A stretch of 26,873 nucleotides of DNA from Candidatus Iainarchaeum sp. (GCA_038736825.1 JAVYME010000015.1:1-26873), one strand, 5' to 3'. Positions 13,745-21,418 are shown, counted from the first letter of the stretch. Notes: generated by a model not told the origin, from the sequence alone. Program-made: numbers and translations.

Positions 13745-15103
13745 ATGATTGATGTTTCCACTGCCTTTTTTATAATCTCCCTAGTAATAGGCATTGGCTA
13801 TCTTGGAACAATTATTTTCAAGAAAACAAAGGTTTCTGAAATCCTTATTCTGCTCAGTGTTGGCTTGCTGATTGGCCCGTTTTCTTCCTATTTGGGGCCG
13901 CAAGGCGCTGGCATAATTCCATTTGAAGTCATTGGTGCTGAGCAGCTTAAGTTGTTTGAGGGTTTTCTTCCTTTTTTTTCGGCTTTTGCTCTGACTATAA
14001 TTCTTTTTGAGGGCGGACTGCATTTGAATTTTTTTAAAGTGATTAAGTTTTTGGGTGAATCTTTTGCTTTCACTTTGCTGGTTTTTCTTCTCAGCACTGC
14101 TTTTGTTTTTATTGTTTTTTGGTTTGGTTCTGCTTTTGGTGTTTTCAGTTTCAATCCTCTTGTTGGCTTGATGCTGGGGGCAATTCTTGGCGGAACCAGT
14201 TCAGAAATAGTTATTCCTTTAATTAACAAAACCAGTGCTAACGAGGAAACAAAAACCCTTTTAAGCATTGAATCTGCTCTTACTGATGCTTTGTGCGTGG
14301 TTATTGCGGTTGCTATTGCTGAAATAATATTGCTTCAATCCTTCAATGCTTCGCATATAGGTTCAAAGATTCTTTCAGCTTTCACTATTGCTGGTTTTTT
14401 TGGCTTGGTTTTTGGGCTTTTTTGGTTAAAGATTTTGGATCACTTGAAGGGCAAGCCCTATGAATATTTGTTGACTTTGGGGGCACTGTTGTTTCTTTAT
14501 TCTTTTTCGGTTTTTTTTGGAGGCAATGGGGCTATTGCTGCCTTGACTTTCGGGCTTGTGCTTGGAAACAGTGAGGACATCACTCGCATGCTTAGGCTTA
14601 CTCAGCGTTCTGTGGATTCAAGCATTAAGTCTTTTCAGGAAGAGGTGTCTTTTCTTGTAAGGACTTTTTTCTTTGTTTATCTGGGCGTACTGTTCAAATT
14701 AGAGTTTTTGACTTTGCCAATGCTGGCTCTCTCCCTAGTGCTTTTTGTTCTTTTGATTGCTGCCAGGTATGCTGGTGCCACTTTTATAAAAAAATTCAAG
14801 CCGGTTTTTGCAAAAGACCGCAAGCTGATAACCACAATGGCGGCACGCGGGCTGGCTTCAGCAGTCCTTATATCGCTGCCTTTGAGCATGGGTTTGCAGC
14901 TTGAAAAAGACACGATTGACATGATTACTACCGTGGTTTTCCTTGTAATTTTTTTGTCAAATATTATTGCAACCTTGGGTGTTTTTGTTGCAGAAAAAGA
15001 GAATGGCAAGGAAAAAAAAGAGGCAGTTGAGGAAAAGGCAACCGTAAGCGAAGACCAGCAAAGCAAGATACGACTTGAAACAATTGGAGAGCAAGAAGAC
15101 TGA
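13745..15103 (+). CDS. Cation:proton antiporter, CPA1 / NhaP type
   Basis: About 11-12 hydrophobic segments, ALTIILFEGGLHLNF (the NhaP-like ILFEGG motif), GAILGGTSS, and an acidic C-terminal tail. Confidence 0.85.
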   Translation: MIDVSTAFFIISLVIGIGYLGTIIFKKTKVSEILILLSVGLLIGPFSSYLGPQGAGIIPFEVIGAEQLKLFEGFLPFFSAFALTIILFEGGLHLNFFKVIKFLGESFAFTLLVFLLSTAFVFIVFWFGSAFGVFSFNPLVGLMLGAILGGTSSEIVIPLINKTSANEETKTLLSIESALTDALCVVIAVAIAEIILLQSFNASHIGSKILSAFTIAGFFGLVFGLFWLKILDHLKGKPYEYLLTLGALLFLYSFSVFFGGNGAIAALTFGLVLGNSEDITRMLRLTQRSVDSSIKSFQEEVSFLVRTFFFVYLGVLFKLEFLTLPMLALSLVLFVLLIAARYAGATFIKKFKPVFAKDRKLITTMAARGLASAVLISLPLSMGLQLEKDTIDMITTVVFLVIFLSNIIATLGVFVAEKENGKEKKEAVEEKATVSEDQQSKIRLETIGEQED

Positions 15104-15111
15104 AATTGCTG

Positions 15112-15122
15112 TTTTTTTTTTT
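15112..15122 (+). terminator. T11 run between convergent genes; archaeal oligo-T terminator candidate for the antiporter gene
   Basis: Eleven consecutive T begin 9 nt after the stop at 15103. Confidence 0.4.
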
Positions 15123-15127
15123 AGAAC

Positions 15128-15892
15128 TTATTCTTTGAAGTTTTTGTCATCCAATTCGCAAAATTTTTCAACAAATTTTTTGGCAAGATAGTCATAGTTT
15201 CCTGTTCCAAAAAGGTATTCGTCAAAGCCTATTGTGATATAGTCTTCAACAGTGAAGACATAGTATAAGAGCAAGCCATTGTATGGTTCGTAAAAGCTGG
15301 AGTAAACAATTTTTTTTTCTTTAGTGTCAACGCGAATTATTTTGCCGTCTTTTTGCAGGGATTCAAGCCTTTCGCTTTTGTAAATCAGTGGATGCATTAT
15401 TTTGATTTCAAAAATGCTGCCTTCTTTTTTGCTTATTGTTATTTTTCTGCCGTCCACAAAGCGGGCAATGTTTTCGCGCTTTTTAACAGAACAACCTCTT
15501 TTTTCAAAATAGTCAAAGTGGGGTGGCATATATTTTTCCTCTATTTCGTCGAGCATGAGGAAAAGCTTCAAACTTTTTTTAGTCAAAGCTATTTGGAATG
15601 CTGTGTTTTCATCTCCTTTCAGCAAACCACTGTAGTTTTTTCTTCCATCCAAAACAATTGTTTCTGAAACAGGAGTTGGTGTTGGGGCAAGAGTTGGTTC
15701 AATGCTTGGCTGTGGTGTTTCCTTGACAGTGGGTTGTGGCGTTGGAGTTGGTTGAAGGGTTTTGGTTGGAGTCGGCGTGCTTGGAGTGGGCGTTGGCGTT
15801 TCTTGGGTTTTTTCGCCAAGACAGCCGTTAAAGGCAACAAAGAAAACAAAAAGCAATGCAATGCCCAAAAGGGCTTTTTTTTCACTTTTCAT
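15128..15892 (-). CDS. Secreted or lipid-anchored protein with a Pro/Thr-rich linker and an orphan C-terminal domain
   Basis: Preferred start is M16 (MKSEKKALLGIALLFVFFVAFNGC, signal peptide with Cys). A PT linker follows (TPTPTPSTPTPTKTLQPTPTPQPT...APTPTPV), then a ~170-aa domain I do not recognise. Confidence 0.55.
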   Translation of the reverse strand: MKSEKKALLGIALLFVFFVAFNGCLGEKTQETPTPTPSTPTPTKTLQPTPTPQPTVKETPQPSIEPTLAPTPTPVSETIVLDGRKNYSGLLKGDENTAFQIALTKKSLKLFLMLDEIEEKYMPPHFDYFEKRGCSVKKRENIARFVDGRKITISKKEGSIFEIKIMHPLIYKSERLESLQKDGKIIRVDTKEKKIVYSSFYEPYNGLLLYYVFTVEDYITIGFDEYLFGTGNYDYLAKKFVEKFCELDDKNFKE

Positions 15893-16047
15893 GATAAGAA
15901 ATAATGCTTTTTTAATATTTAATGCTTTTCTTTGCAAAGCACTCCTGAAAATTCTTTAAAACACAAAAACTTGGACAAAATCCAGTCTAATCAATTATTT
16001 TGAAAAAAAGAAAAACCAACCCCTTTTTGTTTAATCAAACCCGCAAG

Positions 16048-16195
16048 CGGTGGGACCGGGATTTGAACCCGGGCGGGGAAAACTCCCCAACAGCTGGCTG
16101 CACTGCCAAAAAGTGAAAATTTTTGAAAAGCTTTCTTTTTGAAAAGAAAAGGCAGTTAGCAGGCTGTCGCCGTAACCGGACTGGGCCATCCCACC
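16048..16195 (-). tRNA. tRNA-Ser (anticodon GCU) interrupted by a 61-nt intron at the canonical 37/38 position (intron about 16096-16156)
   Basis: Hand fold. Acceptor GGTGGGA/TCCCACC with discriminator G. 3-bp D stem GCC/GGC. Anticodon stem ACAGC/GCTGT with loop C-U-GCU-A|intron|A. Long variable arm GGGGA-GTTT-TCCCC. T arm CCGGG-TTCAAAT-CCCGG. The intron begins ACTGCC and pairs with GGCAGT near its 3' end. Exons total 87 nt. Confidence 0.85.
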
Positions 16196-16222
16196 AAACA
16201 ATAATATTGTTTGTGCCATACG

Positions 16223-16232
16223 TTTTAAATAA
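16223..16232 (-). promoter_or_regulatory. TATA-box candidate (TTATTTAAAA on the minus strand) about 27 nt upstream of the tRNA-Ser 5' end
   Basis: AT box with appropriate spacing to 16195. A 17-nt palindrome (16196-16212) lies between the box and the tRNA. Confidence 0.35.
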
Positions 16233-16240
16233 TTCCCTTG

Positions 16241-16253
16241 TTTTTATTTTATT
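16241..16253 (+). promoter_or_regulatory. TATA-box candidate (TTTTTATTTTATT) about 20-22 nt upstream of the radical SAM ATG at 16273
   Basis: The spacing is consistent with the leaderless pattern seen at 12563 and 13745. Confidence 0.3.
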
Positions 16254-16272
16254 GGCTTTTTTGGCTGGGAAG

Positions 16273-18051
16273 ATGGTTATGCGCGATTTAAGGATGGCTG
16301 TTAGAAAGGTTTATTCTGGCGACTTGATGGGCGAGTTGGGGGATGAAACTTTCACTGTTAGTGTTAATGCTAAAATGGATCGGGTTAAGGCTGAGGCTTT
16401 TGTTAAGAGATTGCTTAAGGCCGGCGAAAAACCGGTAAGGGTTGTAATGAGCCTTTGTCCTGGTTGTGTTGAAGCCAAGCAATGGGATAAAATGGCAATT
16501 CCTGCGCTTTTACTGGAAAAGCATGGCGAAATTTTGATGAGAAAGCGTTGCCAGGTTCACGGTGAAACCGAGGAAAAATACTGGGAGAGCGCTGACTGTT
16601 TTTACAAGGCAATGATGTTTGCTGATTCTGGCATTAGCCTTGAATCTTTTCAGATTCAAAAGGCTCCAGACAATGTTTTTTGCCCTATTGATTGCGGGCT
16701 TTGCGCAAAGCACAAATCGCATACTGCCCTTGCAAACATTGCTGTCACGAATCGTTGTGATCTTGCTTGCTGGTATTGTTTTTTCTTTCAAAAATGGCAA
16801 GAGCCTGTTTATGAGCCTTCCTTGGAGCAAATAAGGAAAATGTTAAGGGTTTTGCGCTCTCAAAAGCCAGTGCCTCCAAATGCAATCCAACTCACTGGCG
16901 GAGAGCCCACTCTTAGAGAAGACATTTTGGAAATAATCAAGTTGTGCAAGAAAGAGGGCTTTGAGCATGTTCAATTCAACACCAATGGAGTCAGGTTTGC
17001 AAGGGATCCTTCTTTTGTTAAAGAGTTGGTGATTGCAGGAGCCAATGTGATTTATCTCAGTTTTGACGGGGTTTCTCCTAAAACAAACCCTAAAAACTAT
17101 TATGAAGTGCCAAAGGCTTTGGAGAACGTTAGAAGCGCAAATTTTGCAGGAATTGTTCTTGTGCCAACAGTAATAAACGGCCAGAATTCTCAAGAATTGG
17201 GGGATATAATTCGTTATGCTGCTGCCAACATTGATGTTGTGAGAGGGGTTAATTTTCAGCCGGTTTCCTTGGTTGGAATGATGCCTAAAAGCGAGAGGAG
17301 AAAGCAACGCATTACAATTCCAAAAACCCTTAAACTGATAGAAGAGCAGACGAACGGGCAGATTGCTGTTAAAGATTTTTACACTGTGCCTAGTGTTGCA
17401 GCAATAACTGATTTTATTGAAGCGCTTTCAGGCATTCCACAATACCGTTTTTCAACTCATTTTGTTTGCGGCATGGCAACCTATGTTTTTGTGGATGGCA
17501 AAAGGTTTGTTCCAATCACAAGGTTTGTGGATGTTGACGGATTGTTTGAGTATTTGAGAAAGCTTTCTATTGAATTCAGGAACAAAAGGAAAAGCAAATT
17601 GAACAAGTTTTTGGCTGGAGGCAAGCTTTTGTACCACATTGATTCTTTTATTGACCGTGAAGCCCAGCCTACAAGCCTTGACTTGGGAAAAATACTGGCT
17701 AGAGCCATTACCTCTGGCTCTTATGATGGATTGAAAGACTTTCATTACAAGAGCCTGTTTGTGGGAATGATGCACTTCCAGGATCCCTACAATTATGACC
17801 TTGACAGGGTTGAAAGGTGTTGCATTCACTATGCAATGCCTGATGGCAGAATAATTCCCTTTTGCGCTTATAATGTAATACCCGACCTTTACCGGGACAA
17901 AACCAATAGAAAGTACAGCATTAGTGCAGAAGAATGGGAGAAAAAGCATGGAAAAAAGCTTGAAGGGGACAAATATCAAAGAAAGGTTTCTGAAAAAGAA
18001 AAAATGGAAGTGCACGCTCACTACAAGGAAATGATTGAAAAATTCAAGTAG
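16273..18051 (+). CDS. Radical SAM enzyme of the Tes / GDGT-MAS (MJ0619-like) tetraether lipid synthase family (candidate)
   Basis: CDLACWYC (C-x3-C-x2-C) is followed by QLTGGEPTLR. Upstream lie a Cys motif FCPIDCGLCAKHKSHT and an N-terminal CPGC...C..HG knuckle. The C-terminus has ERCCIHYAMPDGRIIPFCAYN. This combination is what I recall for the MJ0619/Tes family. The track start at 16123 lies inside tRNA-Ser, so the first ATG after it (16273) is used. Confidence 0.6.
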   Translation: MVMRDLRMAVRKVYSGDLMGELGDETFTVSVNAKMDRVKAEAFVKRLLKAGEKPVRVVMSLCPGCVEAKQWDKMAIPALLLEKHGEILMRKRCQVHGETEEKYWESADCFYKAMMFADSGISLESFQIQKAPDNVFCPIDCGLCAKHKSHTALANIAVTNRCDLACWYCFFFQKWQEPVYEPSLEQIRKMLRVLRSQKPVPPNAIQLTGGEPTLREDILEIIKLCKKEGFEHVQFNTNGVRFARDPSFVKELVIAGANVIYLSFDGVSPKTNPKNYYEVPKALENVRSANFAGIVLVPTVINGQNSQELGDIIRYAAANIDVVRGVNFQPVSLVGMMPKSERRKQRITIPKTLKLIEEQTNGQIAVKDFYTVPSVAAITDFIEALSGIPQYRFSTHFVCGMATYVFVDGKRFVPITRFVDVDGLFEYLRKLSIEFRNKRKSKLNKFLAGGKLLYHIDSFIDREAQPTSLDLGKILARAITSGSYDGLKDFHYKSLFVGMMHFQDPYNYDLDRVERCCIHYAMPDGRIIPFCAYNVIPDLYRDKTNRKYSISAEEWEKKHGKKLEGDKYQRKVSEKEKMEVHAHYKEMIEKFK

Positions 18052-18060
18052 GTGAAAAAA

Positions 18061-18486
18061 ATGGATTTTGGAAAAATAATAATTGCAACAGTGCTCATTG
18101 GAATTGCAATGCTTGTCATTTCACTTGGCATTGTTCAACCACTGGCAAAACTGGTCAATCCAGGGTACGACATAATGAAGATTCCCGGCATGAGAAGCAT
18201 TGAAGACCCAGTAATGTTGTTGTTTTTCTTGCAACCCTTTGTTTTGGCATTAGCCTTTTCAATAATTTTCAGCTTTCACGGCAATGCAATGCCCAATTTA
18301 TCCTTTCACCAGAAAGGCATAAGGTTTGGGCTTGCGGCATGGATGCTTTACACGCTTCCATCCGTTTTCTTGGTGTATTCATCCATGGATTACGGTGAAA
18401 CCTTTCTTTTAAGCACGCTTTTCGGGCAATTGCTGGAATTCTGTGCTGCAGGCATTATTGCTGGATGGGTTTTTTACCGCAAATAA
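18061..18486 (+). CDS. Small integral membrane protein (about 4 TM), translationally linked to the radical SAM gene
   Basis: AGGTGA overlaps the upstream stop (TAG 18049-18051) and lies 6 nt before the ATG at 18061. The protein begins MDFGKIIIATVLIGIAMLVISLGIV... and has four hydrophobic segments. I recognise no family. Confidence 0.6.
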   Translation: MDFGKIIIATVLIGIAMLVISLGIVQPLAKLVNPGYDIMKIPGMRSIEDPVMLLFFLQPFVLALAFSIIFSFHGNAMPNLSFHQKGIRFGLAAWMLYTLPSVFLVYSSMDYGETFLLSTLFGQLLEFCAAGIIAGWVFYRK

Positions 18487-18573
18487 TTGTTTGCACGCAA
18501 ATCAGCTGGCTTTCACAGCAAGCATTTAAAAGCATTCTACAAAACTATTTTAGTAGTAAAAAAATGCTTTTTT

Positions 18574-18645
18574 GCCCAGGTAGTCTAACGGTCAGGATGC
18601 GGCCCTGTCGAGGCTGCGATTCGGGTTCGATTCCCGGCCTGGGCG
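18574..18645 (+). tRNA. tRNA-Asp (anticodon GUC)
   Basis: Hand fold. Acceptor GCCCAGG/CCTGGGC with discriminator G. Anticodon stem CGGCC/GGCTG with loop C-U-GUC-G-A. T arm TCGGG-TTCGATT-CCCGG. 72 nt, no intron. Confidence 0.9.
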
Positions 18646-18663
18646 TGTGGACGGCACTTGTCG

Positions 18664-18693
18664 AATTAAGATTAGGTCTTGGCTGTCTTAATT
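18664..18693 (+). terminator. 8-bp hairpin (AATTAAGA...TCTTAATT) followed by T residues, downstream of tRNA-Asp
   Basis: The inverted repeat was read directly. It has a 14-nt loop and is followed by TTT. Function is inferred. Confidence 0.25.
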
Positions 18694-18804
18694 TTTACCC
18701 AAAATTTCCCTTTTTTACAGTATTTAAAAAAAGGATTTAGGGTTAGTTTCCGCTGAACCGCTTGGCGAGTCCTTTTTTTTGTTTTTTTTAACTTTTCCCT
18801 GCTA

Positions 18805-19854
18805 ATGTTTTTCATGCCTTCATGTTCCAGTTTAGTCAAAGACTTTTATTCTTGTTTTCCCTATCCCTCGGTTGGCTTGCTTGGCAATTATAACATAAAA
18901 AAGCATGCTGACAAAGTTCTCAAGGCATCCGGTTTTAAGGCAAAGGATTTTGCAGGCAAGTCTGTTTTGGAAATTGGGTGTGGAACAGGCGAAATTGGTT
19001 GTTCGCTGGCATTTCATGGTGCAAGAGTTACTGGTGTTGATTTTTGCAAGGCATCAATTGAGAGAGCGAAAGCGCTTGCAAAAAAGCATTCTTTGAAAAA
19101 AATAAAATTTATTGAAAGCGACCTCTTTCAGCTTTCAAGCAGGCTGGGTGAAAAATTTGATTTGGTGCTCTTGGTGGGTGTAGCGCACCACACAAGCGCG
19201 CCAAGAAAAGCCTTTGAAATTGCTTGCTCTTTTTTGAAGCCAAACGGAATAATTCTTTTGGGTTTGTACAACAGAAAGGCTAGAAGTGAAAAAACTGCAG
19301 TGCAAAAAATGCTTTCAAGAAAAGCCGGAAAGGATTACAGGAAAAAACTGGAATTGGCTGAAAAAATTTTTTTCAAGGAAAAGCCGAGCGAGATTGAAAG
19401 GATTCATTTGGCTGACAAGTACTGTCATCCCTTGGAGAAAACTTTTCCGCTGGAAAGAATAATCAAGTGGTTTAAGCAAGAGGGTTTGGAGCTTTTGGGT
19501 GCAGATCCAAAAATTTTAAAGGGAAAAAGTTTTGCAGAAAACGAAATGGAATGGGCTAAACAGGGAAGGAGTTTTTTCATTCTTGCAGGAAAAAAACCCT
19601 TGAAAAAGTTTTATGTTTACCTTTTGGAGTGCGCTGACGGCTCGCTTTACTGTGGCTGGACTGATGATTTGAATAAAAGAGTTGCAGCACACAAAACTGG
19701 AAGGGGTGCAAAATACACTCGCGCCAAACCGCCAGTTCAACTAGCTTATTTCGAGGAATTTGATGGCAAGAGTGCTGCCTTAAAGCGCGAATTCGAGATA
19801 AAGCAAATGACAAGGCAGGAAAAGGAACGGCTTGTGCAAAGCAGGAATGCCTGA
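18805..19854 (+). CDS. Fusion protein: class I SAM-dependent methyltransferase (N-terminal ~260 aa) plus GIY-YIG nuclease domain of the UPF0213/YhbQ type (C-terminal ~85 aa)
   Basis: MTase motif I is VLEIGCGTGEIGCSLA, followed by an acidic residue (VTGVDF) and FDLVLLVGVAHH. The C-terminus reads FYVYLLECADGSLYCGWTDDLNKRVAAHKTGRGAKYTRAKPPVQLAYFEEF...ALKREFEIKQMTRQEK (GIY-YIG). The frame is continuous with no stop between the domains. Confidence 0.75.
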   Translation: MFFMPSCSSLVKDFYSCFPYPSVGLLGNYNIKKHADKVLKASGFKAKDFAGKSVLEIGCGTGEIGCSLAFHGARVTGVDFCKASIERAKALAKKHSLKKIKFIESDLFQLSSRLGEKFDLVLLVGVAHHTSAPRKAFEIACSFLKPNGIILLGLYNRKARSEKTAVQKMLSRKAGKDYRKKLELAEKIFFKEKPSEIERIHLADKYCHPLEKTFPLERIIKWFKQEGLELLGADPKILKGKSFAENEMEWAKQGRSFFILAGKKPLKKFYVYLLECADGSLYCGWTDDLNKRVAAHKTGRGAKYTRAKPPVQLAYFEEFDGKSAALKREFEIKQMTRQEKERLVQSRNA

Positions 19855-20070
19855 CTATTTTTTGGAATAACCGATTTCTTTTTTGAGTGCTTCCGGTTCA
19901 AGCAATTGCAATTCAATGTATCCGCAGTCAAGGCAAGCGAAAGGCCTGAACTCGTGGCCTGTTGCAAGCAATTCCTGTCTGTCTGCCTTGAACAGGTTCG
20001 GTTTTCCTGTTAAAATAATTCCTTTTTCAATGTTTTTGCTTTTGCATTTAGGGCATTTTTCCATTGCCAT
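19855..20070 (-). CDS. Small zinc-ribbon protein, hypothetical
   Basis: CPKC...(38 aa)...CLDC pair of Cys knuckles. It starts 3 bp after the upstream PLP-enzyme gene stops. Its stop abuts the stop of the convergent MTase fusion gene. Confidence 0.5.
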   Translation of the reverse strand: MAMEKCPKCKSKNIEKGIILTGKPNLFKADRQELLATGHEFRPFACLDCGYIELQLLEPEALKKEIGYSKK

Positions 20071-20073
20071 TTT

Positions 20074-21306
20074 TTAATCCCTCAATGCCTGTTTTAAGTC
20101 CAAAACCAGGTCTTCTGCGTCTTCTATGCCGATTGAAAGCCTAACCATGCTGTCAGTTATTCCAATTGCCTTTCTTTGTGCTTTTGGAATTATTGCGTGC
20201 GTCATGCTTGCAGGGTGTTCTGCAAGGCTTTCCACGCCACCCAAGGAAACAGCTCGCTTGAACAGTTTAAGCCGGTTTATGAAAGCCAGTGCTTTCCGGT
20301 AACCGCCTTTCAATTCAAAGCTTAAAACTGCAGGCATTCCTGACATTTGCTTTTTGGCAATAGCACTATCCGGGTGCCCTGGGATTGCAGGATGCCTCAA
20401 GTTTTGCACTTTTGGGTGATTGTAGAGAAATTCAACTATTTTGAGGGCATTCGCTTCATGTTTCTTCATTCTTACTTCGAGAGTTTTTATTCCCCTTAAA
20501 ACAAGCCATGCTGCGTGTGGGTCAAGCACTGGTCCTGTGGTGAAAAGCATTGACCTCAAGGCAAGCCTGTCTTTTTTGCTGCAAAGGATTATGCCGCCCA
20601 AAACATCACTGTGCCCGTTCAAGTATTTGGTGAGGCTGTGAACTGAAATGTCTGCACCGTGTTTTATGGGTTGCTGGAATAATGGGCTCATAAGGGAATT
20701 GTCTACAACCAGTTTGATGCCTTTTGGCTTGGTTAGCCTTGAAACTGCTTTTATGTCTGTAAGCCTTAGCAAGGGATTGGAGGGGGTTTCAAAAAAAACC
20801 ATTTTTGTGTTTGGTTTCAAGGCTTTTTTTATGTTTTGAACTTTTGTGGTGTCAACAAAGCTTGTTTCAATTCCAAACCTTGAAAGAATGTTTTCAAACA
20901 GGTTGTGAGTGTCACCATAGGTTACATTGCCGGCAATTGCATGGTCTCCTTGTTTCAAAAAAGTTATTGCAATCAAGGTTATTGCTGCCATGCCCGAACA
21001 AGTGCAAATGGCGTCCTCTGAGCCTTCCATGGCGGCAACTGTTTTTTCCAGTGTTCTTTGAGTGGGATTGCTGCCACGCGTATAAACAAAAACTTCATTG
21101 TTTGGCCCGCTTGAAATTTTTTTCCCTAAATCCTCTGCGTGCTGGAAGGCAAAAGTGCTGGTTTGATAAATGGATGGCATTGCAGGGCTTTGCTCTAATG
21201 CTTCCACTCGGATTTCGTGCACAGCGCGAGTGCCAAACTTAAAGGTTTTTTTTTTCTGCAAGTTTGCACCTACAGTTTTAAGCTCTCTTTTTTCAGGCAT
21301 TGTCAA
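20074..21306 (-). CDS. Cys/Met-metabolism PLP-dependent enzyme (cystathionine gamma-synthase / methionine gamma-lyase / O-acylhomoserine sulfhydrylase family)
   Basis: YTRGSNPTQRTLE, CSGMAAI, DNSLMSP, VHSLTKYLNGHSDVLGG (PLP lysine) and SLGGVESL. Sub-family cannot be assigned by eye. Confidence 0.88.
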   Translation of the reverse strand: MTMPEKRELKTVGANLQKKKTFKFGTRAVHEIRVEALEQSPAMPSIYQTSTFAFQHAEDLGKKISSGPNNEVFVYTRGSNPTQRTLEKTVAAMEGSEDAICTCSGMAAITLIAITFLKQGDHAIAGNVTYGDTHNLFENILSRFGIETSFVDTTKVQNIKKALKPNTKMVFFETPSNPLLRLTDIKAVSRLTKPKGIKLVVDNSLMSPLFQQPIKHGADISVHSLTKYLNGHSDVLGGIILCSKKDRLALRSMLFTTGPVLDPHAAWLVLRGIKTLEVRMKKHEANALKIVEFLYNHPKVQNLRHPAIPGHPDSAIAKKQMSGMPAVLSFELKGGYRKALAFINRLKLFKRAVSLGGVESLAEHPASMTHAIIPKAQRKAIGITDSMVRLSIGIEDAEDLVLDLKQALRD

Positions 21307-21418
21307 ATTTGCGTTTTTTTATAATGTCTTTTTTGATTTTAATTGTTTTTTTTTGCAGGCAGTCCTGATTAATGCTTGCCAGCAAAACTTTTTATTACTT
21401 TTTCAAACATTCCAAAAA

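Noticed and set aside
15660-15800. Repetitive GGTTG/GGAGT-rich DNA that looked like a tandem repeat or degenerate array.
   Set aside because: It is the imperfect coding repeat for the Pro/Thr linker of the 15128-15892 protein. There are no spacer-repeat periodicity or flanking cas genes, so it is not CRISPR.
16031-16219. 62-aa minus-strand ORF.
   Set aside because: It is simply the tRNA-Ser(GCU) gene and its intron read as protein.
16123-16272. The first 50 codons of the 642-aa track ORF (MKSFLFEKKRQLAGCRRNRTGPSHQ...).
   Set aside because: This stretch is the antisense of tRNA-Ser and its intron plus the promoter spacer. The conserved radical SAM protein begins after it, so the CDS was trimmed to the ATG at 16273.
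11920-18645. Possible integrated island bounded by three tRNA genes (Leu, Ser, Asp).
   Set aside because: There is no integrase, transposase or phage gene. I could find no direct repeat of a tRNA 3' segment, and the content is ordinary transport and lipid genes.
18465-18740. 91-aa plus-strand ORF downstream of the 4-TM gene.
   Set aside because: It runs straight through tRNA-Asp (18574-18645) and the following hairpin. It has no SD or TATA support.
21170-21418. N-terminal 83-90 codons of the 295-aa track ORF.
   Set aside because: This part overlaps the start of the divergent PLP-enzyme gene and the promoter spacer. The recognisable lipoprotein signal peptide begins at 21419/21440.
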